The notes under the pieces: model-generated
Seen by the model: only the letters and a program-made list of their open reading frames with translations
Database searches by the model: none
What the model was told of the DNA's origin: nothing
Assembly (NCBI GenBank): GCA_965287045.1
Contig: OZ336873.1
Coordinates: 20,584,001 to 20,648,000, forward strand
Reading direction: 5' to 3'
From: Carcharhinus amblyrhynchos
Taxonomy: Eukaryota
DNA length: 64,000 nt
In this document: piece after piece, positions 1-13,050 of the stretch
How positions within the stretch are numbered: position 1 is the first letter of the stretch
How the letters are laid out: each line of letters begins with the position of its first letter
Position numbers and translations under genes: made by a program

Positions 1-324
1 TATGCACAGCTCACCATCAACAAATCAAATGAATATACATCTGTCACTATCGTCTATCACAGTTGAACATGGCAGGAGATTTGCCATTTTATTTACATGA
101 AGCCCTTCCATGCTGCAGATATTATCCCTCGATATTTGTGGGTAGATTTGACCTCATTAACAGAGGTAGCATTGTCAATGTTAGCTTTAGAAGAGGAACT
201 CAAGACTATCAGATCAGTGGGTTTGTTATCAAGCCAATATCTTACAGAGTATGAACAGCGCTCTTCATCCTTACTGTGCCTGTTACTAATCTCATTTATG
301 CTTTCTGTTTTTGGTCTTGTGCAG

Positions 325-821
325 TTGGTGGTGAGATTCCTCTTGACATGCGACTGGGAGGTGGGCAACTGGTGTCGGAAGAACTCATGAACCTTGGCGA
401 AACATTCACGACCACAAATGACCCTTCCTTGAAGCTTTTTCAGTGCGCGGTCTGCAACCGGTTCACGACAGACAACCTGGAGACACTCAGCCTGCACATG
501 AACATTGAGCGCCACCTGCCCGAGGAGGAGTGGAAAGCAGTCATTGGCGACTCCTACCAGTGTAAGCTCTGCCGCTACAACACCCAGCTCAAGGCCAACT
601 TCCAGTTGCACTGTAAGACAGACAAGCACGTGCAGAAATACCAGCTCGTAGCACACATCAAGGAAGGGGGCAAGGCCAATGAGTGGCGGCTGAAATGCGT
701 GGCGATTGGGAACCCAGTGCACTTGAAATGCAACGCATGCGACTACTATACCAACAGCATTGAGAAGCTGCGACTGCACACTGTCAACTCAAGACATGAG
801 GCCAGCTTGAAACTATATAAG
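325..821 (+). CDS. ZFHX3: Internal coding exon of zinc finger homeobox protein 3 (ATBF1), carrying C2H2/U1-like zinc fingers; corresponds to vertebrate exon 3
   Basis: Translation [26 protein letters not shown]...FQCAVCNRF...[89 protein letters not shown] matches ZFHX3 as I recall it, and differs from ZFHX4. Pyrimidine tract plus gcag acceptor at 301-324; AAG|gtaaga donor at 821/822. 497 bp, phase 1 in and phase 0 out. Confidence 0.96.
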
Positions 822-1646
822 GTAAGAAAAGCAATATCTTCCCAATGCAGATTTCCCCTAACGGTATTGGTCAACAATCATCAAAATCCTCTTCATGCTG
901 AAACTCCAGAAGAAATTTCTTGGGTTGTTCCGCGATGGTCACGTTTACCTCTGAAATAAGCCTTCCTTGCAAAGTTTCAGTAACTACTGGAACGTTTGTA
1001 AATGGTTTCACTCATCCAAAAATATGAAAGTTAAAATCTGTGCTTTTGAATGAATATTTGTTGTACAACTGGTTAACGCAATAGTCCTTGAAGAGATGGG
1101 TTTAGGTGAGAAACAAAATGTTCAAGTTCGATGTGTTTTGATTTAGGGAAGGGAAAACTGTTGTCAATTCTAATGGTGAATTGAGACTATGAAGTGACTT
1201 GAGGATCCTGCATTTAGTGTAAGTGTTGTTGGCTAGTTGGGAGAGCCAAGGGCAAGGGCGGGGTGCGTTGTCATGAGACAAATTGTTTTGCTTTTTTGAA
1301 AATAAGGGAAAGCTGGCCTATTTAATCAGGGTTTAACATCAAGCTTTCTGATGACTGACCCTTCAGGCAATCGCTCAACAGGTTTCACATGACTAATTGC
1401 CCAACTTAGCTGCTCGACTCAGTAATCAATACCATCATCCATTTTGCCAATTCATTAAAACGTGGGGTACAGATGTTGCCTCCCATTGCAGCACCACCTA
1501 GGGTCTGTAAAAAATAATTGCATAAATGTTCAGACTGAATTTGTTAGGTAAAAGTAAGTCATTATTATGACCTTATCACTTCTGCCACTCACTTTATGTA
1601 TCTGCTCATCGTGTTTCACCTCTCTTACATTGTTTCATAGCAACTG

Positions 1647-2013
1647 CAGTGTGTACCATCCACAAGATGCATTGCAGGAGCTCACCAAGGCTCCTTTGGC
1701 AACACCTTCCAAACCCACAACCAATACCATCTAGAAGGAAAAGGGCAGCAGATACTTCAGAAAGCCACCACCTGGAAGTTTCCCTCCAAGCAAATCACCA
1801 TCCTGACTTCGAAATATGTCATCGTTTTTTCACTATCGCTGGATCAAAATTCTGGAACTCCCACCCTAACAGCACTGTGGGTGTACCTACACCTCACAGA
1901 GTGCAATAGTTCAAGAATTCAGCTTCCCACCACCATCTCAAGGGCAATTAGGGATGGGCAATAAATGCTGGCCCAGTCAGCAGCTTGCACATCAGAAAAT
2001 GAATTTTAAGAAA
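1647..2013 (+). mobile_element. 3' fragment of a CR1-group LINE with the GGGCAATTAGGGATGGGCAATAAATGCTGGCC tail
   Basis: Degenerate RT C-terminus (FTIAGSKFWNSHPNSTVG) followed by the characteristic tail. A related copy lies in the opposite orientation at 50910-51295. Confidence 0.8.
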
Positions 2014-2177
2014 AGGATGTGGGTGTCACTGTCAAGTCCAGCACTGATTACTTATCCTTTGCTGTCCTGAAGTTGATGGTGGTGAACCACTCATCATTTT
2101 CTTTCCTAAGGTTACCCCATATCAGTTCAATCCAAATGCTTCAAGCCTTGCTCAACTCAAGTTCAAAAAGAGATGTA

Positions 2178-4030
2178 TAGATCACAGAGGCTCTTTGGCC
2201 CATCTAGTTCATTCTTTCAGAAAAAATACAGTAATGTTAAACTGCCTCTTGATTGACTTCAGAATTCATCGCCAGTATTGCTGGTACTAACCATTCTTTT
2301 GAAGAGGAAATGTTTCTTGACGTCATCGGGGAATGTTCTTGACTCCTGTGTATCTCCTGTAGTCACAGTTCAGCTTGAGATAATGCTCAAAAATTAGCTT
2401 TTTGATTTTTCACTTCCATGAAGTGCCCTGCTATATGTCTCATTCCTAATTGAAGAATCTACAATTTCTAGCTTTTCTTCAACTCCATCCACTTGACGTC
2501 AGAGATCTGTCCTGAACCCTTCTCCTCACCATTTTGAGGGCTTGGATGGTTTCCTTTGTGACCAGGACTGAATACAAAAGGAGCAGCCTGATCACATTTA
2601 GCTTCTAGCTCCCAATTTCCTGAACTGCAAAGCTCCAACTTACATTTGTTTGGTTGATCGAATTCTGTGCTGACTAAGCGTGATCGTTTCTGAGTCCATC
2701 AATCCATGACCTCTTTCATTCTCTTCCCAAGCTCACTCAACATTATTTATTAATATGTCCTACATTTATTCCTACAATAATGCCTAAGGCCTTGTATTTA
2801 TCTTTATTGAATTTTAACTGCCTTAGTCCTGCCCACTTGTAACTATTACCTAGGTTCCTCTGTACAATTTCTTGGCTGCTGACAGGACTTCCCTGTCCTC
2901 TATCCAACCCAGCAGTTTGTCAGCATTTGCAAGCTTGATCAGAATATGCTGTTGTATTCCTGATTTCAGGTTTTATTGTGGGCCAGTACCACCAGTGCCT
3001 AGCTGCCCAGCCCAAAGTCACAGCCCTAAATAGTCATTGAGTCATACAGGTTTATAGCATGGCAACAGGCCCTTTGGTCCACTTGTCCATACTGCCTTTT
3101 TTTTAATCACTAAGCTAGTCCCAACTGCCCACATTTGGCCCATATCCCTCTCTTACCCATCTTATCCATGGAACTGTCTAAACACTTTTTAAAAGACAAA
3201 ATTGTACCCGCCTCTACTACTACCTCTGGCAGCTTGTTCCAGTCACTCACCACCCTCACTATGAAAAAATTGCCCCTCTGGACCCTTTTGTATCTCTCCT
3301 CTCTCAACTTAAGCCTATGTCCTCTAATTTTAGACTCCCTTAAAGGGTCTAAGATGGGAAAAGATATTGACTATCTAGCTGATCTATAGCCCTCATTATT
3401 TTATAGACCTCTATAAAATCAGCCATAGGCCTCTTACACTCCAGAGAAAAAAACCCTACTCTATCCAGCCTCTCCTTATAACTCAAACCATCAAGTCCCG
3501 ATAGCATCCCAGTAAATTATTTTTGCACTCTTTCTATAATAGTGTGACCAGAACTGAACAGTGTATTCCAAGTGTGGCCTTACCAATGTCTTGTACAACT
3601 CCTGTATTCAATGTTTTGACCAATGAAGCCAAGCATGCCGAATGCCTTCTTCACCACTCTGCCCACCTGTGACTCCACTTTCAAGGAATTATGAACTTGT
3701 ACCCCTTGAACAGTTCGGGATGTTTCTTTCACTGTCAACCAATCATTCCATGAGCTATGTATTTCTGAATCTCTACCGTCTGCTATATCCTCTGTGTCCT
3801 CCCTGTCCTCTACTTCTATGTTTCTTGGATCCAAGTCAGAGTGTTCTACAGCACTTAGTGTACTGCATATCTCAGAAATTTTTTGTTCACTGTCACCATC
3901 TACTTGCTCTTTACTGTTGACGCTCTTCTCCATTCTGTATATTCCTTTCCTACTTCCTGGACTGATGCTGATCTTCCCACATTCATTTCCCAACTGTTTC
4001 TTCTAGCCTTCCTGCGCATTCCAAACAATC
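2178..4030 (-). mobile_element. Old degenerate CR1 LINE fragment, interrupted by a younger CR1 at 3030-3712
   Basis: CR1-like tail remnant at 2178-2215 (gaggctctttggcccatc). The minus ORF 3580-3993 loosely resembles the CR1 ORF2 linker upstream of the RT domain. Highly decayed. Confidence 0.45.
3030..3712 (-). mobile_element. CR1 (HER1-like) LINE 3' fragment
   Basis: Minus-strand peptides VGRVVKKAFGMLGFIGQNIEYRS and RGNFFIVRVVSDWNKLPEVVVEAGTILSFKKCLD are typical CR1 RT C-terminus. The tail ends in (tatgactc)-type repeats. Confidence 0.9.
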
Positions 4031-4074
4031 CCATTCAAAATAAAACCTGGGAAAAAGAAGTTGGCTTCAGATGT

Positions 4075-4258
4075 AAAAACCCAACTGGCTTGCCAAAGGC
4101 CTTTAGGAAATGAAACCTGCCAAACTTACTCACTCTGGCCTATACGTGACTCTAGTGTGGCTGATTCTTAACTTCCCTCTGAAATGGCCTTACAAGCCAC
4201 TTGGATTGTATCAATCTGCTGCAAAGACAAAGGGCAACAGGGGATGGGCAAAATGCCT
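4075..4258 (+). mobile_element. DeuSINE (SacSINE1-like) 3' half
   Basis: aaaaacccaactgg...cctttagg...ctggcctatacgtgactc...ttaacttccctctgaaatggcc...aagccac...gggcaacaggggatgggcaa. The tail is shared with the LINE at 1647-2013. Confidence 0.65.
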
Positions 4259-4375
4259 ACTTCGCTAAGATTCAATCATATGACACATACATTTAGGTGA
4301 CCTGTGTTAATGCCCAGTCTTTCTCAAGCTCCATTTTGCCTCATAAAGCAAGATGTTCCATCTTGCTGTTCTCAT

Positions 4376-4685
4376 CATAGAATCCCTACCGTGCAGGAAA
4401 CGCCATTCAGCCCATCAAGTATCTCACCCAGGCTCCCTCCCCCTCCCTTTCCCTCCAATCCCACACATTTACCATGGCTAATTCATCGAACCTTCAGATC
4501 TTGGGGCAATATTGCATGGCCAATCCATCCAACCTGCAAATCTTTGCGCTGTGGGAGGAAACTGGAGCACCCGGAGGAACTCCACACAGCTACCGGGAGA
4601 ATGTGCAAACTCCCATACAGTCACCCAAGGCTGGAAATGAACCCGGCTCTCTGGAGCTGTGAGGCACCACTGCCACTGTGCTGCC
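4376..4685 (-). mobile_element. HE1-type V-SINE, CR1-derived tail (tail A)
   Basis: tRNA-derived head, V-domain (gtgctccagtttcctcccacag) and tail ending gggattctatg on the minus strand. Confidence 0.9.
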
Positions 4686-6100
4686 TCACACTGTTAAATT
4701 TGTGGAAACACTGTGGAAGCTATGCTGTCAAACTCCCCATTAAGCTGTAATTTCTTCTTGTTTCCAGTGCCTTGATCAGACTTTGCTCTTAATCTCACTT
4801 GTCTGTCCTCCTTTTCTGTCCCCATCTCCTCTCTCTTTGCTCCTTGCTGCCTCTCTCCCTGCTCCCCTCCTCTCTGCATTTTCTCCTTTTCTCTTCCATA
4901 CTCACTCTCTCACTTCCTTATCCATTTCTGTCTTGTCATTTGCCACTATGAGAAAGAAATGCATGGCGCAAAGCAAAACAATGCTAAACAGGCAGGCAAG
5001 TGTGTGTGATCTGGAAGACTAGGACAATGTATTGCGAAATGTAAGAATGGTCTGGCCACCAATACCATCATCTAGTTGGCCTTTTATTATTGAAGCTGGT
5101 AAAAGTCTCACCACTATTAATGTGTCTCAGCCACATTCTACGCTGAAAATTAACCTATTTGAAAAGAATGATCCACTTTACTGGTGAGCAAAGAGTAAGT
5201 TTTTAAACTTGGCTTAACATTCAATGTGTTGTGCTCTCAATAATATTAATGCCCTTTATGTGGTGGATGAATGGGTCTGACGTAGCTAGTACGGACAAGT
5301 GAAATATAAAATTATAGGGGAGGGCGTTCTGGTGGACATCCCATGGCAAATTCTATCCCATCATTGTTTGTGCCTTTAGCAGAGTCCCACAGTTGCAGTG
5401 TTTAGCAGTTGAGAAATAATGGTTTTAATTGTTGGAACTTTCAGCTAAGACAACAAATGTTCAATTTATTTTTGTTGCCGGCTAGATAAATATGCAGTAC
5501 GACATATTTAGAGAATATCCTCCTGGCAAATGTAAGGTCAAACTTACTCAGAAATGCCTCCGTCTTTTGAGGTCTGGGACAGTTTTCTGACCTGAAGGAG
5601 CAGAGTCCAACTCAAAATCCCAGAGGTTCAAATTGTTTGTTTTCAGCTTCTTTCAAGATCACAGATGGTATGAATTAAGAAATGGTTTCCATCCGCTTGC
5701 AGAAGCGGTTGCTCTTGTTCTACTTTGCTGCACACGTTACTCAAAAATGGACCAACAAACATCCTTGACCATGCTGCGTGGAAGGCTGTGTATTTGTACA
5801 AAACTTCAAAGAGTTAAGGAATATGAATGGGTGGATATTAACCCGCTGCCTGTTTGGCTTTGGTGCCAGTGTTGATCTGTTATTTATTCAGCATGCTAAT
5901 TATTTCTCTGAAGAAGGAAGGAGTTGGGGAATATGAGAATGGGTGCAGAAAGGTTGTGGTGGAACTGGTCCAGAGACCAGCTGCCTCCAAACCTCCCTTC
6001 AGTCTTGAACAGTAACTTACCTCTGAAATGAGAATTATCCATGCATAACAATACAAATGAAGCAAAATTATATTTCAAATTAGAGGGAAGTCTTAAAATA

Positions 6101-6224
6101 TGATTTGATTTATTATTGCCACTTCTATTAATATACAGTGAGAAGTATTGTTTCTTGCACGCGATAAGACAAAGCATACCCTTCATAGACAAGGTAACAC
6201 GAGAATGCAGTATGTAGTGTTACA
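6101..6224 (-). mobile_element. Rex1/Babar-like LINE 3' UTR fragment
   Basis: Homologous to the 3' ends at 23462 and 36053; ends in aataaatcaaatc on the minus strand. Confidence 0.75.
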
Positions 6225-7461
6225 GGGGATGGTGTTAAATAAAATGTCTCTTTGAGATTTGAAACGCAGCATCAAACCAAAAGAACTGCTTTGCTAAATG
6301 TATATTTATGATTACAATTTGAGGGTATTTAGTGTTACTTTCAGTATTGGTATCAGAGAATGTCAATATTACGATATTGTCCTATGGTAAAGGCTCTGAT
6401 GTAGACATATGGTGATACACCGAGGGGGAGAAAGCAGAATGGGAATTGCTGGCAAACATTTTCAATAGCTTTCACACAATTTTCATAACACTGGGTGTAA
6501 TTTATAATCTGGGGCAATATTTGGGCCCCAAAATCATTGTTTATAAAAGTGGAGAAAAATGGCTTAACCTCCTGATTTCAAAGAACTGTTCAGGTAGGCA
6601 CGCAGCAAGCCTTTACCCAGCTCCCTGTAACCTAAGACGGGATAAAGATCCAGTTAATGGTACTCGACTCAGGCAACTGAATTGCTGTAGACAGTTGTAT
6701 TGATTTTCACTGGACTTAAAGCTTCACCTTTTTCTCTAATCATTCCATAATGGCTTTAGTATGAACAATCAGGTACAAATGGCCATAAATCTACCAGCCT
6801 TATTCCACTTACCTTCCACTCAATGTCAGGCACAGACTTGTAGTTAACCCAACTTGGCAGTAGCTTTGGGACAATTTTTTTTTAGTGCAGCTTTCCTGCC
6901 AGTAAAGCTGTTTCATTTAAAAAAAAAGATAGAATCACAGAACAGCTGTGTTTTTTGGGAACAGTTTCTGTGCACAGTCTGACTGCATAGTGCGTCAAAG
7001 CACACAACAACATAGCTTTATCATTTAACATGTTTGAAATATCATTTTATAGGCCTGCTTGTGAGAATCCATGAACTGACTCGAGAATCACATTTAACAG
7101 TGCAAATCTAATGTTCTAGAAATTATAGATGGAGTAGAGAAAGAATGGTTCCATTCAGGAAATTCTTTTCATAAAAGGAGCGTTAAATATGAAATATTTT
7201 AGGCAAGTTGTGAGGAAATTTCTATTTAGCTAATTCTTTTCTTGAACCTTCAGTCATGGCCAGAGGGACATTTTGGCCTGAAAGCACAGACGTCATTCAG
7301 TCCCCATTTTCAAGTCAAATATTTTGCCCCAATTTTCATATCCATGACTGTGTCCACATTTATAATGAAAATTGCCTGTGTAAACGTGTCACGCTGTAGT
7401 TGCACCCTCCCACTGTTGGGGGAGCTGCAGCAAATATCGGCAAGAAGAATATGAAGACTAT

Positions 7462-7587
7462 GGGCGGGATTTTACGGCCTCGCTCGATCCGAGACTGGAA
7501 AATCCCGCCTGATGTCAGGCAGACATTTCCGTTTCCGCCCCTTGCCTGCTCCAATCCTGTGGCGGACTGGGCAGTAGAATTCTGGCG
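7462..7587. mobile_element. MITE, PIF/Harbinger-like
   Basis: Ends gggcgggatttt ... agaattctggcg with a 3-bp direct repeat TAT on both sides. Related copies at 36900-37025 and 40325-40440. Confidence 0.75.
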
Positions 7588-7604
7588 TATAAAATTTTGT
7601 ATAG

Positions 7605-7715
7605 AACAGAATACTGCAGATGCTGGAAAATACTGGAAATACTCAGCAGTTCTAGCAGCTTCTACGGATAGAACATTCCTTAACATTTCAAGCCGATGAC
7701 CTTTTGGCAGAACTC
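7605..7715. mobile_element. Single-arm fragment of a Penelope-derived repeat
   Basis: aatactgcagatgctggaaa...ctcagcag...ttaacatttcaagccgatgacctttt is homologous to the outer palindrome arm at 62108-62233. Confidence 0.6.
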
Positions 7716-8940
7716 AGAACAAAAAAGATGCCTACATTTCCCATAACCATTGCTAGATTTGGTCAGATATAATACTTTATTGGTTACTTTGCTTTGGAAG
7801 TACGGGCATTTTAAAATAATCAGAAATGAGTTAGAGCAAATGCTTCTCTTGTGGAAACAGTAGTCCCCTTGCATAAATCATCAGTACCTTAACTGTCAAA
7901 TGGAATGGATTTAGTTAAGTTGAATGAATTATTCATTCAGCTGTCACGTTTATATTTGTAGCGGTGCTCAATTTTAGTTGCACATAGGCAAGTAGCTACA
8001 TGGGGCCGAATGGCCTACTCCTGCTTCTAGTTTCTCTGCAAGTAGCTAATCTCGGAATATCACCTTGTTCCAGAATGCATGAGTACGACCATATATGTGA
8101 ATTCTGGAGCCTGAGTGTCAAAATGGTGATGTGAACCTTTAGTTGTTTATCCAGATGACAATACCTCTGTCCACTGCTTAATCTTCATGCACTTTGTGTA
8201 AATTATGACTCTTGAAAGCTAAAGTGAGTGTTCACAATGTGATTTCCATTGGTACGAATTACACTGACAAGCCTCCAGTGCGTTGGGAACATCGTGGATG
8301 TAATTTGGGTCATGTTGCATTTATTTTCCCCGTGGACGATGAGCAGTCAGGGCCCTGCCTCAGCACATGCTATTCCTGTCAGCCAGCGCTCAGGATATTG
8401 TTTGGGATCGCTTAATAGGTTGTTAACTCATTAGTGAATAACATGCGAAGGAATGTGTGCATTCATGTTACATAATTGGTAATTGTGATATCAAGTCTGA
8501 AAAATTAAGGTGAGAGAGCAAATGCAATGATTATTTGGTCATTTCTGATTTTATGTGAGGCCCCGTTTGCTTTTTTTTGGAGTAATGTCAGAAACCAGAC
8601 TTGAGGCTCAGAAACAAAAGTACACATCGAGGTAGGGTCTGCTGTAAAACTGTCTGGGGCTGTAATTCAGGTGCGAGTATGACTTGTGCAGCTTTGGTGA
8701 AAAATGCGATGCATTACTGTAGGGTCCTATTCTCAGCATCTCTGGGAACCTGGTTTAGAGTCCAGTCAGACTTGTGGCATCAGCATAGCTGGCTGTGCAA
8801 ATGTCGAAAAAAAGTTTAGTCAGTCTAATCTATATTTGCAGTGATAATGGGCCCATAGCACAAAACGACACACTCAACATCTATTAGCATTCCCAAACAT
8901 GTGATCGGAAAGATAGTTGTAGAAAATAGTTTAACAAGAA

Positions 8941-9520
8941 AACTCACATTAATATAACCTCTTTCATATCTTCAGAACATCTGAAAGCACTTCACTTTTA
9001 AGTGTAGCCATTGTTGTTTTGTAAGCAAGCACAGTGGCACAGTAAGGCTTCTGAAATGGCAAGTAGATTTGTGACCAGTTAGGTTGTTTTTAGTGGTAGG
9101 AGCATTGGACAGAAGAGCAGAAATAGGCCATTCAGTCTATCAAGCCTACTCCTCCATTCATTTAGATCATGGTTGATCATCTACCTCAATGCCACTTGCC
9201 CATAATATTTCCATATCCTTTGATGTCATTAATATCTCGAAAACTATCTTTTTGTTTTGAACGTGTTCGATGATTGAGCTTCCACAGTTCTCTAGGGTGG
9301 TGAACTCCAAAGACTCACCTCCCACTGTGAAGAAATTCCTCCTCATCCCAGTCTTAAATGGCCCATCCCCTATTCTGAGACTGTCTCTCCTGGCTCTAGA
9401 GGGGAAATATCTTATGGTGGTAGCTGAAGGATAACCATTGGCCAACTTCCCTGCTCCATGAATAGGGCCATGGTCTCTTTTACTTTCAGCTGAGCCAGCA
9501 GGAGGGCCTTGCTTCATCCA
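8941..9520 (-). mobile_element. Old SINE with L2-type tail (DeuSINE/AmnSINE-like), split by a CR1 insertion
   Basis: Tail-like segment at 8941-9099 resumes at about 9417-9520. The direct repeat gtggtag at 9093-9099 and 9417-9423 brackets the insert. Confidence 0.5.
9100..9416 (-). mobile_element. CR1 LINE 3' fragment with 7-bp target-site duplication
   Basis: Minus peptide SLRIGDGPFKTGMRRNFFT; tail ataggccattcag; flanked by gtggtag repeats. Confidence 0.85.
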
Positions 9521-10233
9521 AAATATAAATATGCATTCATACAATTGCATAGAGGGGGCAAGAATGTGGATTACATAATAAATAGTTTGCACAGTAGCAG
9601 AACAGAAAAGAAATGGGAGTATTGGTGGGTTGGTCATCTAACACTGTTGCTGCATGTTTTCGGATGATGAAAAAAAACAAATAAATTGTTGGTACATCCA
9701 GTTCAGGTTGTGAGTTGTAAACACAAAAAGGTGATTTTAGAATTGCGACTGGCATCAATTGCTGCTTTTATTTATTGTTGAAATGTATCTATTTGTTGCA
9801 TCTCATTTATTTATAAAATGTATTTATAAAGATTTAAACTGTCTTATTTGGCCATATTTGGAGACGGTGTTCAATTATGGTCACTTTGAATAGAAGAGTT
9901 ATTATGAAGAATTATTGGATGAAGCCCAGAGGAGGGTGATGAAACTGATTCCTTCAGGGCTGAGTAACGAGAAAAAAATTGCCGACCTAAAGCCCGACAC
10001 TCTGGAGAAGGGAAGGATGTGTCAGTGCTTCACAGAGGACTTTCCATTTCTTTGCAACTGTGGAAGTCGTAGATTTTTCTGTTGAAGACAGGATTCAAGA
10101 ATTAGCAAAGAAATTGTAAAGTTTGGGGTGTCACAGAAAAGGGCAATGAGGGATTTGTAAGAGATGTAAACTCGCCCTTCCAGTAGATATTGTAGTACAT
10201 TGATGAATTACTTCAGCATTGATGCTCAAAGCT

Positions 10234-10390
10234 TGCAGATAGGTGGATTGGCCATGGTAAATTGCCCCTTCGTGTCAGGGGGATTAGCAGGGTGAATGCA
10301 TTGGGTTATGGGGATAGGGCCTGGATGGGATTGCTGTCAGTGCAGGCTCAATGGGCCAAATGGCCTTCTTCTACACTGTAGAGATTTTAT
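10234..10390 (+). mobile_element. 5'-truncated HE1-type SINE, tail A
   Basis: ggattggccatggtaaattgcccct...gggccaaatggccttcttctacactgtag. Confidence 0.85.
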
Positions 10391-11193
10391 AATAACAGCT
10401 GTTCATCTCAACCCTGATTTGCCCAAATTTTCATACTGTGCCCTTTTCCTGGTACAGGAGAGAAAACACAGTAGTGCTCTTGCCCCCACTCCCAAATTGA
10501 GGCAAATAGATAATCTCTTTCCTTCCCTCGTGTATGTTTTTATGATTTAAATTGAAGGTTATAAAGCTTCTTATAGCAGTGTGTCTCCAAATATAGTTCA
10601 CTTCAGTAGACACTGTATTGATGCATAAATAAGCAATGTTGCTGAATGTATCAACACTTTTGATGCTCAACTGTTTAAAATTGATACTTCCCCCACTTAG
10701 GTCTTTGCTCCTTCCTTCTTTGAGCTTACCACCTCCCCTGGTGAGACAGTCTGCAATATGGCCATTCCTCTCCTTGACCTTCCTACTGGGGGACAGAATA
10801 ATCTGCAAGCGCAGAGTGCTCCTCCTGGTGGCCTGCTGGGACTTGCTACTCTCCTCCAGTGTTAAGAGAAAAGCAAGTTTCTATAAAAGTCAAAGCTAAC
10901 AGTTGAACACAATCCTATTTTAATTTTAAAAATAATCAATTTTTGGACAAATTTAGGTTCCATTAAACCAACATTTTAGCCAGCCTTGTGTAAACAGGCT
11001 CCTCTATAAGGACACAAAATAAATTTGACAACTGCAGTATTAAAAAGTCTTGCCTCTGAATGCATTTCCTGTCAATTTTCCGTGCTATTGACTTCCTCTG
11101 CAAATTTGTAACGGTGTATTTACATCCTCCTACCAGTAAAGGCATTGATGCACCATGATGTAGGGAATTCTAGTCTGACAAGCTTCCATAATT

Positions 11194-11495
11194 TAAAGTT
11201 TATTTATTAGTGTCAGAAGTAAGCTTATATTAACACTGCAATGAAGTTACTGTGAAAATCCCCAAATTGCCACACTCCGGCACTTGTTCGGGTACACTGA
11301 GGGAGAATTTAGCATGGCCATGGCACCTGACCAGCACATCTTTCAGACTATGGGAGGAAACCGGAGCACCTGAAGGAGATCAACACAGACACAGGGAGAA
11401 TGTGCAGATGCCGTACAGACAGTCACCCAAGAATCAAACCCAGGTCCCTGGCACTGTGAGGCTGCAGTGCTAACCACCGTGCCACCATACTGCCC
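11194..11495 (-). mobile_element. HE1-type V-SINE with alternative tail B
   Basis: Same head and V-domain; the minus-strand tail reads attttcacagtaacttcattgcagtgttaat...tgacactaataaataaacttta. Confidence 0.9.
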
Positions 11496-12968
11496 AGGTA
11501 GTTCCCATTATAAATGTGAACAGAAGGAATTTATAATGGGATACAAATGTATGGCGAAAATGTATAACTTTAAAATGGGGACTGAATTATATCTGTCTGG
11601 CCTTGTCCAATACATTGCTTTTGAATCCCATTTGATCGGAAAACTGCACTTGATGCTGACTCATTAGGAGGTGAAATTCAGCTGAGTGTCTCAGCCAAAT
11701 TTCACCCCCAGCCCACCCCTCCCAGCAATGTATCACAGTTTTAATCACCATCATATCAAAGATGTTATTTAACATAATATTAAAAAGAAAGGCAAATGAC
11801 AAATGTGTTGAGGGCAGTGTTTTTATTGGGAGAAACAGCCCACAGAAAGGGTTACTGTCTCTCTTGCTGTTTGCTACAACACAGTGATGGTATTTCTCCA
11901 TCAGCGACTTTTGTTTCTGATTTAATATCCCAAGCCCTATAGGTAGAAGATTGGTGGGGAGGGGAGGTGCAGTTGCGGGTAGTTGCTGGATACTTTCAAG
12001 TTTATCTGGGCTGGTGTGGTCTGCAGTAATTGAGATTGATTGGATGTTATTTTTCCTCTTGCAAATGTAATCCATTAGTTTGGCACATGCATAATCAGTT
12101 TAGAGCTCAGTTAACTGGATGTAATCTAGTTCTTCAATGTCTGTTGTAGCAAATCCGCTCCAGATGCCAGTTACAGAGTGAGTGCGAGCACAGGTCCTAT
12201 CGGAGATGAAATCTCTAATGTACTCCCTCTCTCTTTTCCTGCTGTCTGCATTTGCTAAAGTTGCCTTATTTTGTTTATTTGTAGTCATAACCAATTCAGT
12301 TTGAACTGTTGAGCAGTAGAGTTCCTATCGCATCAATTGTATCGTTTAAAACAAACTATCTTTTTTTTAAAAAAAGTTGCCTTTTAGAATGCTGTAAGTG
12401 GTTATACATACACCAGGAATGGATAGACAGTTTCAAGGAGGGTTGCTTTTAATTAATTTATGCATTCTTTGGCACAGTGAATCAAAATGGTATAAATCTT
12501 ATAATTCCATTAGGTTTTTAACCCATGGAGACTTCTTTCAAAGTGGAATTCATTTCGTTGAAGCCAGTGTTTCTGAATTCTCTGAGACAAGGAAAAGTTT
12601 TAATGTATTATAACCCAATAATATCCCCCCCACTCCAATGCCCCCCTCCATTTCTCTATGAATCCTGGCTGAAGATTTCCTAGTAGCTGGTCCAGTACAT
12701 TGTATGCGCCCAATTTTACACAAATTGCACAGAGGATGTAATGTTTCATTGCTGAAACTGTTTGAATATATAACATTTGGATTGGAAGGCACCTCTTTAT
12801 GGTTGTGAATTTATCTATAATTTTATCATTCTCTCGCATGATTAAAGGGAGTCGCTGTGAGAGTTTACATTTATAAAAGAATGGACAGGCCATCCAAATT
12901 GAAGAAATAATAAACTATAGATCTTGTTGGACCAAAGGGTCTTTTCTGCACTGTATGACTCTCTGACT

Positions 12969-13005
12969 AATATATATATATATATAACATACATATTACA
13001 TATAT
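12969..13005. repeat. (AT)n microsatellite following a short CR1 tail remnant (about 12925-12968)
   Basis: Direct reading of the sequence. Confidence 0.8.
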
Positions 13006-13050
13006 TTTAAAATCTTGCCGTCTTATAGGGTTTGAAGGCATGGGGAAAGA

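Noticed and set aside
93-779. 228-aa antisense ORF
   Set aside because: It is the shadow frame of the ZFHX3 exon and I recognise no protein in it.
276-959. 227-aa ORF as a complete gene
   Set aside because: Only 325-821 is exonic; both extensions are read-through beyond the splice sites.
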